From positions 12,329 through 76,328 of the forward strand of contig CAVFFZ010000003.1 in assembly GCA_963621995.1 (NCBI GenBank): a stretch of 64,000 nt of DNA, read 5' to 3'. Positions 31,407 to 40,774 of the stretch are shown in pieces. The notes below the pieces were generated by a model. That model had not been told where the DNA came from, did no database searches, and was given only the letters and a program-made list of their open reading frames with translations. The stretch comes from Lachnospiraceae bacterium. Lineage in GTDB: Bacteria > Bacillota > Clostridia > TANB77 > CAG-508. The translations under genes and the position numbers were made by a program. Position 1 is the stretch's first letter. Each line of letters starts with the position of its first letter.

Positions 31407-32144
31407 ATGAATCAAATTTTGGTAACAGAAAAATTATATGTAACACCAGAATTGCGTAGAAAAAAGAAATTGTTTAAAGTACAATTCTTTTTATGCGTCT
31501 TTTTAGCATGTTTATTATTTTCTTATTACATATATGCAGAGTATGACAGAGGAAAAAGCGAAGAAGTATCACAAGAAATATTAATGGGAATGACAAAAAG
31601 AAAAGAAGAAAAAGAAGTAGATAATACAATTAAGGGAAAAGACAATGTCATAATTGTAGCATTAGATGATAGCAATGAAGTTATAAATATTCCAGAAGTA
31701 GAATCTCAAGAAGAATCATCTACAGAAGTATATACAACTACAGACGGAGAAGACTATACAATAGAAGCAACAATTAGAATACCTAGGTTAGATATAGAAT
31801 ATCCAGTAATTAGCGAAACTTCAGAAAGCCTTTTAAAAATATCTGTTAATAAATATTGGGGACCTGCTCCAAATGAAATAGGAAATTATTGTATAGTAGG
31901 TCATAACTATAAAAGCAAGAAAATGTTTGGACGTTTATCAGAAGTAGTTAGTGGAGATATTGTTGAGTTAGAGGGAGTTAATGGAAAAGTAGTTAAATAT
32001 TCAGTATATGACATTGATGTAGTAGATCCGGATGATACAACATGCACTAGCCAATTAACAAATGGAAGAAGAGAAGTAACTCTTATAACTTGCACGAATT
32101 ATGGAACACAAAGATTAGTAGTAAAAGCAAGAGAAGTTAAATAA
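31407..32144 (+). CDS. Sortase-family transpeptidase (class not assigned)
   Basis: N-terminal TM anchor, conserved His (VGHN), the catalytic TLITC motif, and a C-terminal R (LVVKAREV). Confidence 0.8.
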   Translation: MNQILVTEKLYVTPELRRKKKLFKVQFFLCVFLACLLFSYYIYAEYDRGKSEEVSQEILMGMTKRKEEKEVDNTIKGKDNVIIVALDDSNEVINIPEVESQEESSTEVYTTTDGEDYTIEATIRIPRLDIEYPVISETSESLLKISVNKYWGPAPNEIGNYCIVGHNYKSKKMFGRLSEVVSGDIVELEGVNGKVVKYSVYDIDVVDPDDTTCTSQLTNGRREVTLITCTNYGTQRLVVKAREVK

Positions 32145-32186
32145 AAAAGTAGCAATTAGGGACATTCTATAATTAAAAAATAAATA

Positions 32187-32234
32187 AAAAAGCAATACTT
32201 TTTAAAAAAATTTAAAAAAAGTATTGCTTTTTTA
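32187..32234 (+). terminator. Terminator after the sortase gene
   Basis: Perfect 17-bp stem AAAAAGCAATACTTTTT / AAAAAGTATTGCTTTTT plus a T-run. Confidence 0.75.
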
Positions 32235-32260
32235 TTATTCTTATATTAAAATTTAGTAAA

Positions 32261-32290
32261 AGTGGAGCAAAGTGGAACAAAGTGGAATGA
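32261..32290 (+). promoter_or_regulatory. Three phased MraZ-box-like direct repeats (AGTGGAnnnn x3, exact 10-bp period)
   Basis: AGTGGAGCAA AGTGGAACAA AGTGGAATGA, ending 22 nt upstream of the mraZ GTG. This matches the known AAAGTGG 10-bp-period MraZ operator architecture. Confidence 0.6.
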
Positions 32291-32312
32291 AATGCACGGG
32301 AGGTGATTCAAG

Positions 32313-32744
32313 GTGTTGATCGGTGAATACGAGCATTCTCTAGATGTTAAGGGCAGATTAATAATGCCAGCTAAGTTAAGAGAAGACATGGGAGAAAAAT
32401 TCATCATAACCAAAGGGTTAGATGGGTGCTTATTTGGTTTTTCACAAACAGAATGGTCAAACTTTGAAGAAAAACTAAAAACACTACCACTTACTAATAA
32501 AAATGCCAGAGATTTCGTAAGATTTTTCTTATCTGGTGCAATAGAATGTGAAATAGATAAACAAGGAAGATTCTTAATTGCAAGTAACTTAAGAGAATAT
32601 GCCAACATGGAAAAAGATGTTGTAATTATTGGTGTAGGGACAAGACTTGAAATTTGGAATAGAGACAAATGGAAAAATTATACTAGTGATGAAAATATTT
32701 CAGCAGATGAAATTGCAGAAAATATGACAATGCTTGGTATATAA
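32313..32744 (+). CDS. mraZ: Transcriptional regulator MraZ
   Basis: Duplicated SpoVT/AbrB-like halves ([15 protein letters not shown] and [15 protein letters not shown]). GTG start after GGGAGGTG. Confidence 0.93.
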   Translation: MLIGEYEHSLDVKGRLIMPAKLREDMGEKFIITKGLDGCLFGFSQTEWSNFEEKLKTLPLTNKNARDFVRFFLSGAIECEIDKQGRFLIASNLREYANMEKDVVIIGVGTRLEIWNRDKWKNYTSDENISADEIAENMTMLGI

Positions 32745-32766
32745 CTTTTTAAAAGTTTATATAAAT

Positions 32767-32990
32767 ACTAAAGAAAAAATTTTAATGTACAAAAGATAAA
32801 AAATTTAATTTTTACAAAAGAAAAAACTAAGATACAAAAGATAAAATTTAAAAACAAAAGAAAAAGTTTAAAATAACTAAAGAACAACATTTTAAACTTC
32901 AAAAGAAAAATTCACAATGCTTACAAAAGTAAAAATATAAATTTACAAATGAAAAGATGACAGCTCACTAAAGAAAAATTAAAAAAGTGG
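32767..32990. repeat. Array of about 10 degenerate tandem repeats, period ~22 bp, consensus tACAAAAGaAAAAtTTaAA
   Basis: AC[A/T]AA[A/T]G cores at 32767, 32789, 32814, 32834, 32854, 32876, 32899 (TCAAAAG), 32923, 32945 and 32967. Spacings are 20-25 bp. No ORF is present. Confidence 0.75.
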
Positions 32991-32996
32991 CATTAA

Positions 32997-33027
32997 AATA
33001 GTTGGTATTTTTTAAATACCAACTATT
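32997..33027. repeat. Perfect 14-bp hairpin AATAGTTGGTATTT-TTT-AAATACCAACTATT
   Basis: It shares the AATAGTTGG / CCAACTATT stem with the hairpin at 85-121. There is no T-tract after it. Confidence 0.7.
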
Positions 33028-33065
33028 GGTGCTAATTTAAGAATAGTAGATATAGGAGTTTAAAA

Positions 33066-33998
33066 GTGGAATTTAAACATAAAAGTGTATTACTACAAGA
33101 ATGCATTGAAGGACTGAATATAAAAGAAAATGGAATATATGTAGATGGAACTTTAGGAGGAGCAGGTCATAGCAATGAAATATTGAAAAGTTTATCTTCT
33201 GAAGGAAAACTAATAGGAATAGACAGAGACGAAGAAGCACTTAAAGCAGCAAAGGAAAGACTTAAAGAATATGAAAATGTAGTATATTTACATGGAAACC
33301 ATGATGATATAAAAGAATTACTAGAAAGCATACAAATAGATAAAGTAGACGGAATATTATTAGACTTGGGAGTATCTTCTTATCAATTAGATGAAAGAGC
33401 AAGAGGGTTTAGCTATATGGGAGAAGCTACATTAGATATGAGAATGGATAAAACCCAAGAACTAACAGCAAAAGATATTGTAAACAATTATACAGAAGAA
33501 AAACTTAGCAGAATTATAGAAGAATATGGGGAAGAAAGATTTGCAAAAAATATTACAAGAAACATTGTAAAAGAAAGACAAATTTCACCAATTGAAACTA
33601 CTATGCAATTAGTAGATATTATAAAAAAATCAATACCTATCTCAAAACAAAAGGATGGACATCCAGCAAAAAGAACATTTCAAGCTATCAGAATAGAAGT
33701 AAATAATGAAATAGAACCACTAAAAGAAACTATAAGAAATTGTATAGAATGCTTAAAACCAGAAGGTAGGTTATGTGTAATTACATTTCATTCACTAGAA
33801 GACAGAGTAGTAAAACAAGCATATTTAGATGCAGAAGGTAAATGTACATGTCCAAAAGATTTACCATATTGCGTATGTGGATATCATTCAGAAGGGGAAA
33901 TAATAAATAAAAAACCAATAGTAGCAACAAAAGAAGAACAAGAAGAAAACTCAAGATCTAAAAGTGCAAAATTAAGAATTTTTGAAAAAGCACAATAG
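33066..33998 (+). CDS. rsmH: 16S rRNA (cytosine1402-N4)-methyltransferase
   Basis: [36 protein letters not shown] start after AGGAG. Confidence 0.93.
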   Translation: MEFKHKSVLLQECIEGLNIKENGIYVDGTLGGAGHSNEILKSLSSEGKLIGIDRDEEALKAAKERLKEYENVVYLHGNHDDIKELLESIQIDKVDGILLDLGVSSYQLDERARGFSYMGEATLDMRMDKTQELTAKDIVNNYTEEKLSRIIEEYGEERFAKNITRNIVKERQISPIETTMQLVDIIKKSIPISKQKDGHPAKRTFQAIRIEVNNEIEPLKETIRNCIECLKPEGRLCVITFHSLEDRVVKQAYLDAEGKCTCPKDLPYCVCGYHSEGEIINKKPIVATKEEQEENSRSKSAKLRIFEKAQ

Positions 33999-34034
33999 AA
34001 GAAATATACGAAGGAAAGAGGTGAGTTAAAGCAA

Positions 34035-34550
34035 ATGGCATATCCTAAATATCAAGGGTATCAATATGAAACTAGCCCTAGAAAGTTACAACCTGAGTAC
34101 GAACCTAAAAAGAACCCATATAAACAAAAGAAATCTTCAACTAAAAGTATGAAGGTAGAAAAAAATGCTCCAAAGAAAAAAATGAAACCAAAGGCAAAAT
34201 TAGTTTTATATATTGCTGTTGCCTTTACAATTTTATTTGCTATGGGCTACCAAAACTCACTTATAACAGAAAGTTGCAATAAAAAAGAAAAACTGAAAGA
34301 AGAAGTAAGTGCTATCGAAAAAGAAAATGAACAATTAAAAGTTAATATAGAAAAGACATTAAATTTAAATAATGTTGAGCAGTCTGCAAAAGAAAAATTA
34401 GGAATGCAAAAATTATCAAATAGCCAAAAAGTATATGTAAGCTTACCAAAGAAAGACTACATAGAATCTGCAAAAGAAGAAGTAGTAATAGAAGAAGATA
34501 CAAACTTTTTTCAAAATATTATAAATACAATTAAAAACTTATTTAAATAA
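34035..34550 (+). CDS. ftsL: Cell-division protein FtsL-like (bitopic, coiled coil)
   Basis: Position between rsmH and the PBP gene. It has a basic N-tail, a single TM helix, and then a heptad-rich segment (KEKLKEEVSAIEKENEQLKVNIE). Confidence 0.6.
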   Translation: MAYPKYQGYQYETSPRKLQPEYEPKKNPYKQKKSSTKSMKVEKNAPKKKMKPKAKLVLYIAVAFTILFAMGYQNSLITESCNKKEKLKEEVSAIEKENEQLKVNIEKTLNLNNVEQSAKEKLGMQKLSNSQKVYVSLPKKDYIESAKEEVVIEEDTNFFQNIINTIKNLFK

Positions 34551-34580
34551 AAAATAAAGGTAAAATATTAGATTTTGCTT

Positions 34581-34662
34581 CTGTTTTTGGGGACGGAGCA
34601 AAAAAACAGGTAAAAGTTTAAAATTAATTAAAACTGTTTTTTTGCTCCGTCCCCAAAAACAG
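34581..34662. repeat. Perfect 29-bp inverted repeat (CTGTTTTTGGGGACGGAGCAAAAAAACAG), 24-nt spacer, in the ftsL-PBP spacer
   Basis: Arms at 34581-34609 and 34634-34662 are exact reverse complements. Each arm is itself a hairpin (CTGTTTTT...AAAAACAG). Confidence 0.9.
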
Positions 34663-34735
34663 GTAATGAGAATCATTCTTTTATCATATTCTTAATATAA
34701 GAGATAATATAAACTTAAGAATGTGAGGGATAAGA

Positions 34736-36889
34736 TTGAAGGAGAGAAAAAAGAAAACACCAAAGCAAAAGTTAAAAGTAAAAATTGAAAAAGAAATTAA
34801 AAGACAAGTAAATGATAAAGAGATAAAAAAACTAAAAAATAAAAAGCCAATAAATTTTAAAAAATTAAATAAAAAGAATAAAAGAAATTCAGAGCCGATA
34901 GGAACAATATCTAAAAAGAAAAGAATGAAAAGAGAGATGATAATTGCCATATTACTGCTTGCTTTATTAGTAGTAAGAATTGGATTTATTCAATTTGTAC
35001 AAGGAGAAGAATTGCAATCTATGGCATATATGCAACAAACATTAGACAGAAATATTAACCCTAAAAGAGGGACTATTTATGATGCAACTGGAAAGACTAT
35101 TTTGGCAGTTAGTTCAACTGTAGAAACAATAACAGTTACGCCAACTACTATAAAAAAAGAAGATAGAGAAAAAATAACAACTGCACTATCAAATATATTC
35201 TCATTAGATTATGAAAAGGTTTTAAAAAAAGTAAGTAAAAGAAGTTCTATAGAAACAATAATTAAGAAGGTAGATAAAGAAAAAGCAGATGAATTAAGAG
35301 TTTGGATGCAAAATAATAATATTACAACAGGAATTAATATAGATGAAGATACAAAAAGATATTATCCATTTAACAATTTAGCATCTCAAATTATAGGATT
35401 TTGCGGTAGTGATAATCAAGGGCTAGATGGAATAGAAGCTTTATATGATAAAACTTTGAAAGGTAGCACAGGAAAAATTACAAAGCTAAGGGATGCAAAA
35501 GGTGGAGATATTGATGATACTTCAGAAGATTATATAAAAGCTGTAAATGGAGATGACTTGATATTAACTATAGATAGTACAATACAAGGAATTGCAGAAA
35601 AATATTTAAAAGAAGCATGTATAGATAATAAATGCACAGATGGTGGAAATATAATAGTAATGAATCCAAAAAATGGAGACATATTGGCTTTAGCAGGATA
35701 TCCAAACTATAATTTAAATGAGCCATATTCTCCAAATACAGATGAATTAAAAAGTGTATGGGATACTCTTTCACAAGAAGACAAAACCAAAAACATGCAA
35801 GCAATGTGGAGAAATAAAGCTGTTTCGGATACTTATGAACCAGGTTCAACTTTCAAATTAGTAACAGCCTCGGCATCTTTAGAAGAAAAAATAGCAGAAG
35901 TAGATAAACAAGGGGAATTTTGCTGTACAGGAGGAATTGAAATTGCAGGAGTAAGAATGAAATGTTGGAGGTATTATAGACCACATGGAAGTGAAAGTTT
36001 AAGACAGGCACTAATGAATTCATGCAACCCAGTATTTATAGGGCTTGGACAAAAATTAGGAGTACACACATATTATAGCTATTTAGAAAAGTTTGGATTT
36101 TTGGGAAAAACAGGCATAGATTTGCCAGGAGAAGCGGGAAGTATATTTTTAAAAGAAGAAAAAGTTGGACCGGTAGAGCTTGGAACAATAGCATTTGGGC
36201 AACGTTTTGAAGTAACACCTATTCAAATGATAACAATGGTTTCCACTATTGCAAATGGAGGAACATATGTACAGCCAAGAGTAGTAAAAGCGACTATAGA
36301 TGGAAAAACAGGGGAAAGAAAAGAAATAGAAGTAATAAAAAAAGATAGAGTAATTTCAGAAGAAACAGCAAAAAATGTATTAAGCATGATGGAATCTGTT
36401 GTAGCAGATGGAACAGGTAGAAACTCACAAGTTAAAGGTTATAGAATAGGTGGAAAAACAGGAACTTCAGAAGATGGTGTAAATACAGGGAAATATGTAA
36501 CATCATTCATAGGTGTAGCACCAATATCAGATCCAAGTGTAGCTGTGTTAATAACTTTGTATAATCCAACAGGAGAAGGAGGCCACCAAGGAGGTGGAGT
36601 TGCTGCACCAATAGGTTCACAAATATTTGGGGAGGTGCTACCATATTTAGAAGTAGTAAAAGACAACGAGGAAGAAGAACAAGTAAAAAATGATGTCCAA
36701 GTGCCTAATATTGAAGGAAAAAGTATAAAAGAAGCGGAAAACATACTAAAAGAGAGTAATTTGAAATTAGTTATAAATAATGAACAAGAAGGCATAGACA
36801 AAGAAAATACTATAATAAAAGAACAAACACCAAAAGAAGGTGTAAAAGTTAAAGAAGAGGCAAACATTTACGTAGAGTTGACAAATTAA
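34736..36889 (+). CDS. Class B penicillin-binding protein (FtsI/PBP2B/SpoVD-type) with one PASTA domain
   Basis: 717 aa with a Lys-rich N-tail, a TM helix, STFK, SCN and KTGT motifs, and a C-terminal PASTA repeat. It occupies the dcw position. TTG start after GTGAGGGA. Confidence 0.85.
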   Translation: MKERKKKTPKQKLKVKIEKEIKRQVNDKEIKKLKNKKPINFKKLNKKNKRNSEPIGTISKKKRMKREMIIAILLLALLVVRIGFIQFVQGEELQSMAYMQQTLDRNINPKRGTIYDATGKTILAVSSTVETITVTPTTIKKEDREKITTALSNIFSLDYEKVLKKVSKRSSIETIIKKVDKEKADELRVWMQNNNITTGINIDEDTKRYYPFNNLASQIIGFCGSDNQGLDGIEALYDKTLKGSTGKITKLRDAKGGDIDDTSEDYIKAVNGDDLILTIDSTIQGIAEKYLKEACIDNKCTDGGNIIVMNPKNGDILALAGYPNYNLNEPYSPNTDELKSVWDTLSQEDKTKNMQAMWRNKAVSDTYEPGSTFKLVTASASLEEKIAEVDKQGEFCCTGGIEIAGVRMKCWRYYRPHGSESLRQALMNSCNPVFIGLGQKLGVHTYYSYLEKFGFLGKTGIDLPGEAGSIFLKEEKVGPVELGTIAFGQRFEVTPIQMITMVSTIANGGTYVQPRVVKATIDGKTGERKEIEVIKKDRVISEETAKNVLSMMESVVADGTGRNSQVKGYRIGGKTGTSEDGVNTGKYVTSFIGVAPISDPSVAVLITLYNPTGEGGHQGGGVAAPIGSQIFGEVLPYLEVVKDNEEEEQVKNDVQVPNIEGKSIKEAENILKESNLKLVINNEQEGIDKENTIIKEQTPKEGVKVKEEANIYVELTN

Positions 36890-36913
36890 ATGTATTTACA
36901 TCTTGCTTCAAAT

Positions 36914-36966
36914 AGAAAAAGTAAGAAAGTTTTAAAAAATATCTTAAAACTTTCTTTTCTTTTTAG
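36914..36966 (+). terminator. Hairpin/terminator after the dcw PBP gene
   Basis: AGAAAGTTTTAA / TTAAAACTTTCT core stem with further flanking pairs, then a T-rich tail. Confidence 0.6.
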
Positions 36967-37087
36967 TAATGATTATTTTTTTTAATAATATAATTTACAA
37001 ATAAGAACTTTAGTTATATAATTATGTTGGTTTTTAATAATTATAAAAAATCAACTTATAAATAGATAAAAAAACAGGAGGTATCCT

Positions 37088-38563
37088 ATGAAATTAAAAG
37101 AAATTTTAGTAGGACTAGAAGGATTAAAAGTAAAGGGAAATTTAGATTTAGAAATAACAAACTTAGATAAAGATTCAAGAAATATAAAAGAAAATGGCTT
37201 ATTTATAGCAATAAAAGGTTTCGACACAGATGGACATGAATATGTAGAGACAGCAATAAATAGTGGGGCAAAAGCAGTAATATTAGAAGAAGGGGTAACT
37301 GCAGGATTCGTTAAAAAAATTCCAGAAGGAATTACAGTTGTTATTGCAAAAGATACAAGATATGCTTTAGCAATATGCTCATGTAATTTTTATGGTAATC
37401 CATCTAGAAAATTCAAATTAATAGGAGTTACAGGAACAAAAGGAAAAACAACAACAACTTTTATGATAAAAAAAGTACTAGAAAAAGCAGGAAAAAAAGT
37501 AGGATTAATTGGAACAATTGCTATATATATAGGAGATAAAAAACTAGAAGATAGTGATAGAACAACACCAGAGAGTAATAAATTGCAAGCTATATTTGCT
37601 GAAATGGTAGAAGAAAATGTAGATGTTGTTGTTATGGAAGTATCTTCACAAAGCTTAAAATTACACAGAGTGGCAGGATGTGATTTCGATATAGGAGTAT
37701 TTACAAACTTTTCAGAAGATCATATTAGTCCAAAAGAACATCCAAATATGGAAGATTACTTTAGTTCAAAAGTACAATTATTTAAAATGTGTAAAACAGG
37801 TTTTATAAATGCGGATGATTTTCATGTCGCAAAATTACCAAAACTTGTGCCAGAATGTAATATAACAACATATGGAATAGATAATTATTGCAATGTTTTA
37901 GCAAAAGACATTACAATTACAAATTCATATGTAGATTTTAAAGTAAAAATAGGAATGAAAAATGAAAGAATAAAAACATGTATTCCAGGTAGATTTAGTG
38001 TATACAATTCACTAGCAGCAATTTGTGTTTCAGAAAAATTAGGAGCAAATGCTGAACAAATAAAAGAGGCATTAGAGGAAGTTAGAGTTCCAGGAAGATC
38101 AGAACTTGTAAATAACAAAAAAGATTTAACAATAATGATAGATTATGCACATTCACCAGAAAGCTTGGAAAATATACTAAATGCAGTTAAATCATATACT
38201 AGAGGAAGAGTAATATCTGTGTTTGGCTGTGGAGGAGATAGAGATACAACCAAAAGACCAATAATGGGTGAAATTTCGGGAAGAGTTGCAGACTTTACAA
38301 TTATAACATCAGACAATCCACGTACAGAAGACCCTGAAAAGATAGTAAGCCAAATTGAAGAAGGAATAAAGAAAACAAAAGGAAAATATACTGTAGTAGT
38401 AGATAGAGTTGAAGCTATAAAGAAAGCAATTAGTATGGCAGATAAAAAGGATATTATAGTTTTAGCTGGTAAAGGACATGAACCTTACCAAGAAATAAAT
38501 GGTGTGAAATATCCATTTGATGAAAGAATTATAGTAAATAGTATCATAAATAAATTAAAATAG
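37088..38563 (+). CDS. murE: UDP-N-acetylmuramoyl-L-alanyl-D-glutamate--2,6-diaminopimelate (or L-lysine) ligase
   Basis: GVTGTKGKTTT P-loop, the Mur ligase middle domain, and a DNPR motif (TSDNPRTEDP). Confidence 0.9.
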   Translation: MKLKEILVGLEGLKVKGNLDLEITNLDKDSRNIKENGLFIAIKGFDTDGHEYVETAINSGAKAVILEEGVTAGFVKKIPEGITVVIAKDTRYALAICSCNFYGNPSRKFKLIGVTGTKGKTTTTFMIKKVLEKAGKKVGLIGTIAIYIGDKKLEDSDRTTPESNKLQAIFAEMVEENVDVVVMEVSSQSLKLHRVAGCDFDIGVFTNFSEDHISPKEHPNMEDYFSSKVQLFKMCKTGFINADDFHVAKLPKLVPECNITTYGIDNYCNVLAKDITITNSYVDFKVKIGMKNERIKTCIPGRFSVYNSLAAICVSEKLGANAEQIKEALEEVRVPGRSELVNNKKDLTIMIDYAHSPESLENILNAVKSYTRGRVISVFGCGGDRDTTKRPIMGEISGRVADFTIITSDNPRTEDPEKIVSQIEEGIKKTKGKYTVVVDRVEAIKKAISMADKKDIIVLAGKGHEPYQEINGVKYPFDERIIVNSIINKLK

Positions 38564-38575
38564 AAGGAGAAAAAC

Positions 38576-39559
38576 ATGGAATTTCAAGTAAAAGTATTAT
38601 TCTTAACATTTGCAATAACAGTTATACTTTCTTTCATAATAATACCAATATTAAGAAGACTAAAAGTAGGGCAAATAGAAAGAGATGATGGACCACAAAG
38701 TCATTTGAAAAAACAAGGGACTCCAACAATGGGAGGAATTATAATCATACTTAGTATGATTATAATATGTGTGGGATTATTCTTTTACTACACAAAATAT
38801 AGACCAGAGCCAACTATAGCAAAAAATATTTTACCACTATTAATAACTTCAGTGGGATTTGGACTAATTGGTTTTATAGATGACTTTAAAAAATTAGTAT
38901 TAAAAAATACTAAGGGGTTAAGTCCAACTGCAAAAATGATAGGATTATTAATAATTGCAGTAGGATATACTATATATTTAACAAATGTTTTAAAAATAGG
39001 CACGGATATATATATTCCATTTGTAAAAACTAGCATAGTACTTCCTATTTGGTTATATATTCCCCTTTCAATATTAGTAATGTTAGGTACAACAAACGCA
39101 ATAAACCTAACAGATGGAATAGATGGATTATCAAGTAGTGTAACTACTATAATATTAACTTGTCTAACAGTAATTGCAATTATATTTGATGTAAAAGAAG
39201 TAACTTTATTTGGAAGTGCATTGTCAGGTGCATGTTTAGGATTTTTACTATTTAACTTATATCCTTCAAAAGTAATGATGGGAGATACAGGCTCACTTTG
39301 CTTAGGAGGAGCAGTTGCAGCTATGGCACTATATTTAAAAATGCCATTATTACTTTTAATTATTGCATTAGTTCCAATACTTGAAACATTATCTGTAATA
39401 ATTCAAGTAGCACATTTCAAAAGGACAGGAAATAGAGTATTTAAAATGGCTCCACTTCACCATCATTTTGAACTTTCTGGATGGAAAGAAAATAAAGTAG
39501 TATCAGTATTTAGCATAGTTACATTAATAGTATGTATTATAGGAATATTCGCAATTTAA
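38576..39559 (+). CDS. mraY: Phospho-N-acetylmuramoyl-pentapeptide transferase
   Basis: TPTMGG, NAINLTDGIDGL, MGDTGSL, and HHHFE motifs. Confidence 0.95.
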   Translation: MEFQVKVLFLTFAITVILSFIIIPILRRLKVGQIERDDGPQSHLKKQGTPTMGGIIIILSMIIICVGLFFYYTKYRPEPTIAKNILPLLITSVGFGLIGFIDDFKKLVLKNTKGLSPTAKMIGLLIIAVGYTIYLTNVLKIGTDIYIPFVKTSIVLPIWLYIPLSILVMLGTTNAINLTDGIDGLSSSVTTIILTCLTVIAIIFDVKEVTLFGSALSGACLGFLLFNLYPSKVMMGDTGSLCLGGAVAAMALYLKMPLLLLIIALVPILETLSVIIQVAHFKRTGNRVFKMAPLHHHFELSGWKENKVVSVFSIVTLIVCIIGIFAI

Positions 39560-39565
39560 AAATTT

Positions 39566-39595
39566 TACCCCAAAAGGGACAGGTACTTTTGGGAT
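39566..39595. repeat. CCCCAAAAG...CTTTTGGG hairpin in the mraY-ftsW spacer
   Basis: ACCCCAAAAGGGACAGGTACTTTTGGGAT, related to the 22906-22942 palindrome. Confidence 0.6.
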
Positions 39596-39619
39596 AGAAA
39601 ATGAAAGGAATGGAAGAAA

Positions 39620-40774
39620 GTGCAAAAAAAGAAACAGAAAAAAACAATAAAGTCAAATCAAAAACCATTTGATTTCGCATTATGTATTACAATATTTTTA
39701 TTATTGTCATTAGGAATAATAATGGTGCTTTCTGCTAGTGCACCATCTTCACTTTCAACAAATGGAAATAGTTATACATATGTATTAAAGCAATTAGGAT
39801 TTGCAATTGCAGGAATTATAGCAATGTTTTTTATATCAAAAATAGATTACAGAATTTATAAGAAATTTTATGTTATTGCTTATGTTATTGCAATAGTTGC
39901 ATTATTCTCAGTTGCAATACCAGGAATAGGCGTAGAAGTAAAAGGTGCTAAAAGATGGATAAATCTAGGATTTGGTAATTTCCAACCGTCAGAAATAGCA
40001 AAAGTGGAATTAATCGTATTTTATGCAGGATATCTAACTGAGCATAAAAATGAATTGGGTTTCTTTTGGAAAGGGTGTTTTAAATCACTTTGCTTTTTAG
40101 TACCTCCAATTGCAATTTTATTCTTTATACAAGACCATTTAAGTGCATCAATTGTTATAATTGCAATAACATCAATAATGATGATGATGGCTGGAACAAA
40201 AATAAAAGACTTTATAACAATAGGAATAGCAGGAGGCTCAGCAGCAGTGGCTGGAATGCTAATGCTAGCAACAACAACAGACAAAGGTTCATTCCGTTTA
40301 GCAAGAATTACAACATTCTTAGACCCTTGGCAAGATCCAACAGGAGATGGCTGGCAGGTAATTCAAGGACTATATGCAATAGGTTCAGGAGGACTATTCG
40401 GAGTAGGACTAGGACAAAGCAAACAAAAATATTTGTATATACCAGAGCCTCATAATGATTTTATATTTGCGATAATAGCAGAAGAGCTAGGATTTGTAGG
40501 ATGTTTAGTAGTAATAGGGTTATTTGCAATATTTATATGGAGAGGAATTTTAACTTCAATGAAAGCACCAGACTCATTTGGTAGCTTACTTGCAGTTGGA
40601 ATTACATCACTTGTAGGAATACAAGCAATAATAAATATAGCAGTTGTTACATCATCTATGCCAGCAACAGGTATGTCTCTTCCATTCTTTAGTTATGGAG
40701 GAACAGCATTACTTATATTGCTATGCAGTATGGGAGTACTGCTAAATATATCTAGAGCAGGTTCAAAAGTTTAA
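39620..40774 (+). CDS. ftsW: SEDS-family peptidoglycan glycosyltransferase (FtsW/SpoVE)
   Basis: 10-TM profile with RWINLGFGNFQPSE, PEPHNDFIFA, and LPFFSYGG motifs. GTG start. Confidence 0.9.
   Translation: MQKKKQKKTIKSNQKPFDFALCITIFLLLSLGIIMVLSASAPSSLSTNGNSYTYVLKQLGFAIAGIIAMFFISKIDYRIYKKFYVIAYVIAIVALFSVAIPGIGVEVKGAKRWINLGFGNFQPSEIAKVELIVFYAGYLTEHKNELGFFWKGCFKSLCFLVPPIAILFFIQDHLSASIVIIAITSIMMMMAGTKIKDFITIGIAGGSAAVAGMLMLATTTDKGSFRLARITTFLDPWQDPTGDGWQVIQGLYAIGSGGLFGVGLGQSKQKYLYIPEPHNDFIFAIIAEELGFVGCLVVIGLFAIFIWRGILTSMKAPDSFGSLLAVGITSLVGIQAIINIAVVTSSMPATGMSLPFFSYGGTALLILLCSMGVLLNISRAGSKV

Noticed and set aside
32767-32990. Possible CRISPR array.
   Set aside because: The repeats are degenerate, directly abutting and about 22 bp long. 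There are no unique spacers, no palindromic CRISPR-type repeat and no cas genes.
36890-36985. Small ORF (MYLHLASNRKSKKVLKNILKLSFLFSNDYFF) starting at the PBP stop codon.
   Set aside because: It has no SD, and its sequence is simply the terminator hairpin read as protein.
40090-40455. 121-aa + strand ORF in an alternative frame of ftsW (N/R-rich); likewise 10139-10375 inside the SPFH gene and 60311-60526 overlapping the topB start.
   Set aside because: They are same-strand overlaps with conserved genes, have biased composition and lack a ribosome-binding site.
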